In this document: positions 8,729 to 11,907 of the stretch, piece by piece
Numbering within the stretch: position 1 is the stretch's first letter
Layout: each line of letters begins with the position of its first letter
Assembly: GCA_018985225.1 (NCBI GenBank)
Contig: JADGIF010000277.1
Coordinates: 1-11,907, forward strand
Direction of reading: 5' to 3'
DNA length: 11,907 bases
Source: Amoeboradix gromovi X-113
Lineage: Eukaryota; Fungi; Sanchytriomycota
Made by a program: the position numbers and the translations under genes
The notes under the pieces: generated by a model
What the model was told of the DNA's origin: nothing
Databases searched by the model: none
Seen by the model: the letters and a program-made list of their open reading frames with translations, nothing else

Positions 8729-8753
8729 ATCTCTCCATATTTTTTGAAACTTT

Positions 8754-9654
8754 ATGTTGCTTCATTTTTCTGGTAAACAGTTCACGTGCGATGACACTGA
8801 TTACGATTTAATTATTCAATTCATTGTCAAAAATTTGAACATTAATCCACCTGATATATGCATAATCCACAAGGGTAAAATAATTAAAGAAAAGCAAGAT
8901 TTTAAATCTGATGATGTTTTATACATTGTTAAAAAGAAGGCTAAGTCTGCCGAACAATCGACCCCAGTTCAACCTCAGGTACAGTCTCCCCAACAACCTG
9001 CTTTTCAAATGCCACCATCTGTTAATAATAATCCGTTAAATCCTGGACTTAATATGGCTAATCTTACTAACATGCTCGGTGGCATGCCTGGCGGTAACCC
9101 TAATATGTCTTCAATGATGGAGTTGTACAATAACCCTCAATTCATGAATACCATGCTTAGCTCACTTTATCCTAATCTCCCTCCTGATCAGCTAAATCAG
9201 ATGTCCTCCATGATGGGTTCTATGATGCAGAATCCAATGATGCGCCAAATGATCGAACAGCAAATTCAGCAAGGTGCCCCTAATAGGTTGGGTCAGCAGC
9301 AACAGAATCAGCAACAGAATCAGCAGCAGAATCAGCAGCAGCAACAGACCCGCATGCCTGACCTCACCTCGATGATGCAGAATCCAGTGATGCAACAACT
9401 TGCACAGCAAATGCAGTCGAACCCTCAAATGATGCAGCAAATGCTGGGCACTTTCAATAGCCCATCCCAACAGCAACCTGTGCAATCAACTGGTACTTTT
9501 TTTTCATTTAGACCCTGCAACTACTTATTCTACCCAACTCCAGCAGTTGCAAGACATGGGATTTTTTAATCGCGATTTGAATATTAGAGCTCTTCAACTT
9601 ACTGGTGGCAATGTTGAAGCATCTGTTGAGTGGCTTCTAAACCAGCCTTTTTAG
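8754..9654 (+). CDS. DSK2: Ubiquilin/Dsk2-like UBL-STI1-UBA protein; join(8754..9492,9512..9654), 293 aa
   Basis: Short UBL-like N-terminus ([11 protein letters not shown]), STI1-type M/Q/N/P repeats ([22 protein letters not shown]), and, in a different frame after 9511, a clear UBA domain: [47 protein letters not shown]. The ORF track's end at 9569 is out-of-frame read-through. Confidence 0.9.
9294..9347 (+). repeat. Coding 12-nt tandem repeat (cagcarcagaat) encoding [18 protein letters not shown]
   Basis: Directly visible in the Dsk2-like CDS. Confidence 0.9.
9493..9511 (+). other. Candidate 19-nt spliceosomal intron GTACTTTTTTTTCATTTAG (phase 1)
   Basis: GT...TAG ends and T-rich. Removal joins G|AC (Asp) and puts the UBA domain in frame. 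Confidence 0.78.
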
Positions 9655-9727
9655 CAAACTTTGAGGAATAAATAAATGACTTTGCATATATGCTATAAAA
9701 ACTTAAGCTGCGTATTTACGAGCAAAT

Positions 9728-11659
9728 TTATTTATTTAGCTGGTCAAATATTGTCTGGACAACGGTAATACTACATTTGCACTCTTTTAGTATCAATTTC
9801 AGATCAAATTCGTAGATGAATGAATCAAGAGTGAATGATTTGTGGTACTTATTATTAAAAATTGACGAGAATGAAGTAGAATTGAGTCTCAAGTTAGATT
9901 GAGATTTCGTGATTGTATGTCCGTTCTTAGTATCAGTAGATTGGCCACTGAGTCCACTAATTTGTGAATCTTTAGACTTAGTACCAAGGTTTTTGGACCC
10001 TTTGGCATACCTAATTTTCTTTCCTTTAGAAGGCTCTTGTCCTGCGCTAGTTTTCATAAAATGTTTTTCTGAAGAGTCTGTTTTAAAATTTCCATTTCGA
10101 CTAACCCTAGGCTTATATCCCAAGGTGTAGTCATCGTGCCCGCTTGTATATTTGATTTTCGAAGTAGTGATCGAATCAGAATCACCTGGCACTTCAATCA
10201 AATCTGAATCATGAAATTCGGCTGATTCAGTCGCTGATTCAGTCGCCGATTCAGTCGCTGATTCTGCAGTCATAATTCTAGGGAAACCCTCGGATTTTGA
10301 GATTTTTAATTTAGCGTGCTCAGTTAAACCTTGAGATACAGCATAGTCGGAGGCTACAGATGATGCTATTTCCCCTGTTTTTGACTGCTCATTTATCAAT
10401 TCATCATCCAACTGAGTCTTAGATGCTATTGCGGGTTCTGTTGACAGTGGTACACCAGCAGAATGGTCGAAAGGCAAAGGTTGGAAAGTGGTGACAATAT
10501 CAGGACTTGCGCTATTCACTTGCGCAATAGTCTTAGATGGGTTCAATAAAAATTTTGCAGTGGTGTCTTTAGAAGTCAGAGTGGAGCCTTTAGAAGTCTT
10601 ACCGTTCCCCGCTGTTCCAATTCTATTGTGGGTGCTCTTTACATATCCGTGAAAGGTGTGAGATTTATGATATGGAGGTAAATGAGCTGTATTGGACTCT
10701 CTTGAGACTGATGCGCTGTCCGTGTTTTCGGTAGGGAACGATTCCGAAGCTTGGCTAGAGGCATGATTAAAGTAGCCATTGCTATAAGAAGATCTCAAGC
10801 TTTCGGTAAACCGAGAATCTTCCGCTTCATAAAGCGTCTCCAAGGAACCGTGAGACTTTAACTGTCCAGGACTAGATTGGGCTGGTTTAATAAAATGTGA
10901 TTGGTGCTCAGTTTCAATGGGAGGACGTTCCGAGTAGCCAACTTGGTTGTTATTTAAAGAACCATGAGTACCTACGGAGTAATTTTTAGAGTTCTGACGT
11001 GAGTAAAAGCGGGTATGGGGAGCCTTGAGATTGTAAGATTCGAGAGATTCGGTTGACTGCGGTAAATCAAGCAAAGATTCAAGAATAGGTGTTTCAGAGG
11101 ATTGGACTTTCTCACTATCTCTACGGCTAGCATGATTCTTGGACTTTGATGATGATGCTTTATCTATTAGATGATTCCCAGAGTCGTTAAAATGACCTTC
11201 GGGTTTCCCAGGTTCGCGGTTAGAAAGACGAGATTTGTTTTGGTTAATGTTAACAAATGTTTCGTCTTTAGAATTGAGACTATGGGTAGTGCCAGTTACA
11301 TTTTGGTCGTGTAGAGCCTGTGTATAGTCGGGAGCATATGCATTAGATTCTACTGGGCAGCCCTTCACGTGCTTCTGTTTGTGTCCACCCAAAGAGTCAA
11401 ACCTAGATGTACCATGTGTTGAGTCCGAAGGTTCAGTAGATTTAGGGTAACCCGCAAGTTTATCCACTAATGCCTGGTTATGACCACTACTTTTCTCATT
11501 TCTGCCAGGAGAATGAGATCTTCCTACGTTTATGACGGGTTCTTTGTTTGATTTTGCTTCATGAGTCTTTTCCAAAGCACTAGAAGTATCTCTGGAAATT
11601 CTTTGACCTGTGTGTCTTTTTTTGACGGCAATTCCAAAAAGAAAATTAAAAAATAACAT
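9728..11659 (-). CDS. Hypothetical Ser/Thr/His-rich, largely disordered, probably secreted protein, 643 aa
   Basis: 1932-nt ORF with a short hydrophobic N-terminus (MLFFNFLFGI), low-complexity polar body and no recognisable domain. Confidence 0.75.
   Translation of the reverse strand: MLFFNFLFGIAVKKRHTGQRISRDTSSALEKTHEAKSNKEPVINVGRSHSPGRNEKSSGHNQALVDKLAGYPKSTEPSDSTHGTSRFDSLGGHKQKHVKGCPVESNAYAPDYTQALHDQNVTGTTHSLNSKDETFVNINQNKSRLSNREPGKPEGHFNDSGNHLIDKASSSKSKNHASRRDSEKVQSSETPILESLLDLPQSTESLESYNLKAPHTRFYSRQNSKNYSVGTHGSLNNNQVGYSERPPIETEHQSHFIKPAQSSPGQLKSHGSLETLYEAEDSRFTESLRSSYSNGYFNHASSQASESFPTENTDSASVSRESNTAHLPPYHKSHTFHGYVKSTHNRIGTAGNGKTSKGSTLTSKDTTAKFLLNPSKTIAQVNSASPDIVTTFQPLPFDHSAGVPLSTEPAIASKTQLDDELINEQSKTGEIASSVASDYAVSQGLTEHAKLKISKSEGFPRIMTAESATESATESATESAEFHDSDLIEVPGDSDSITTSKIKYTSGHDDYTLGYKPRVSRNGNFKTDSSEKHFMKTSAGQEPSKGKKIRYAKGSKNLGTKSKDSQISGLSGQSTDTKNGHTITKSQSNLRLNSTSFSSIFNNKYHKSFTLDSFIYEFDLKLILKECKCSITVVQTIFDQLNK
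10221..10264 (-). repeat. Coding 12-nt tandem repeat (gctgattcagtc, about 3.7 copies) encoding (ESAT)n
   Basis: gctgattcagtc gctgattcagtc gccgattcagtc gctgattc; protein [17 protein letters not shown]. Confidence 0.92.
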
Positions 11660-11907
11660 TAATGTACAAGGGAAATGCTGGCTTATATAGATAATAAGAA
11701 TGCGACGTATTGACTGATGTGTGAAAATCGATCAGATGCTGGCTCATTGCAGTATCCTGGGAACGACGTAAATGGCAATTAATACAACACATGAGCCAAA
11801 CTTTTTGTAACAACTTGGAGCATTATTTCAGCTTTATTACTTTATGGATTTAAAAGGCGAGTGGACATTCAGCTAGTTGCGGAGTTGACGAGTATGAAAG
11901 GAGAATA

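Noticed and set aside
957-10130. Short antisense or alternate-frame ORFs (957-1268, 3046-3240, 3400-3600, 7926-8132, 7945-8139, 8517-8747, 9192-9485, 9909-10130)
   Set aside because: They are shadow ORFs overlapping better-supported coding frames and have no recognisable motifs.

Overview
AT-rich, very gene-dense eukaryotic DNA in the standard genetic code. The gene content (Noc2, Nse1-like, Dsk2/ubiquilin, CAP59/GT69 mannosyltransferase-like, fungal-type RlpA/DPBB protein) suggests a fungus or fungal relative with a reduced genome. The lineage cannot be determined from sequence alone. Seven genes are supported, almost all intron-free and separated by short spacers. The main signal is a candidate 19-nt GT-AG intron (9493-9511) whose removal fuses a clear UBA domain onto Dsk2. 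The left end (651-1816) has an unexplained A-I-B-C-A-B direct-repeat structure around an orphan ORF. Its two copies are identical except for an 81-nt insert that starts GTATGC and has base-pairing ends. Other compaction signals are 9-residue signal-peptide-like N-termini, AATAAA overlapping or next to stop codons, and a shrunken Nse1 RING. Regions 1-650 and 5231-6950 have no recognisable intact gene.
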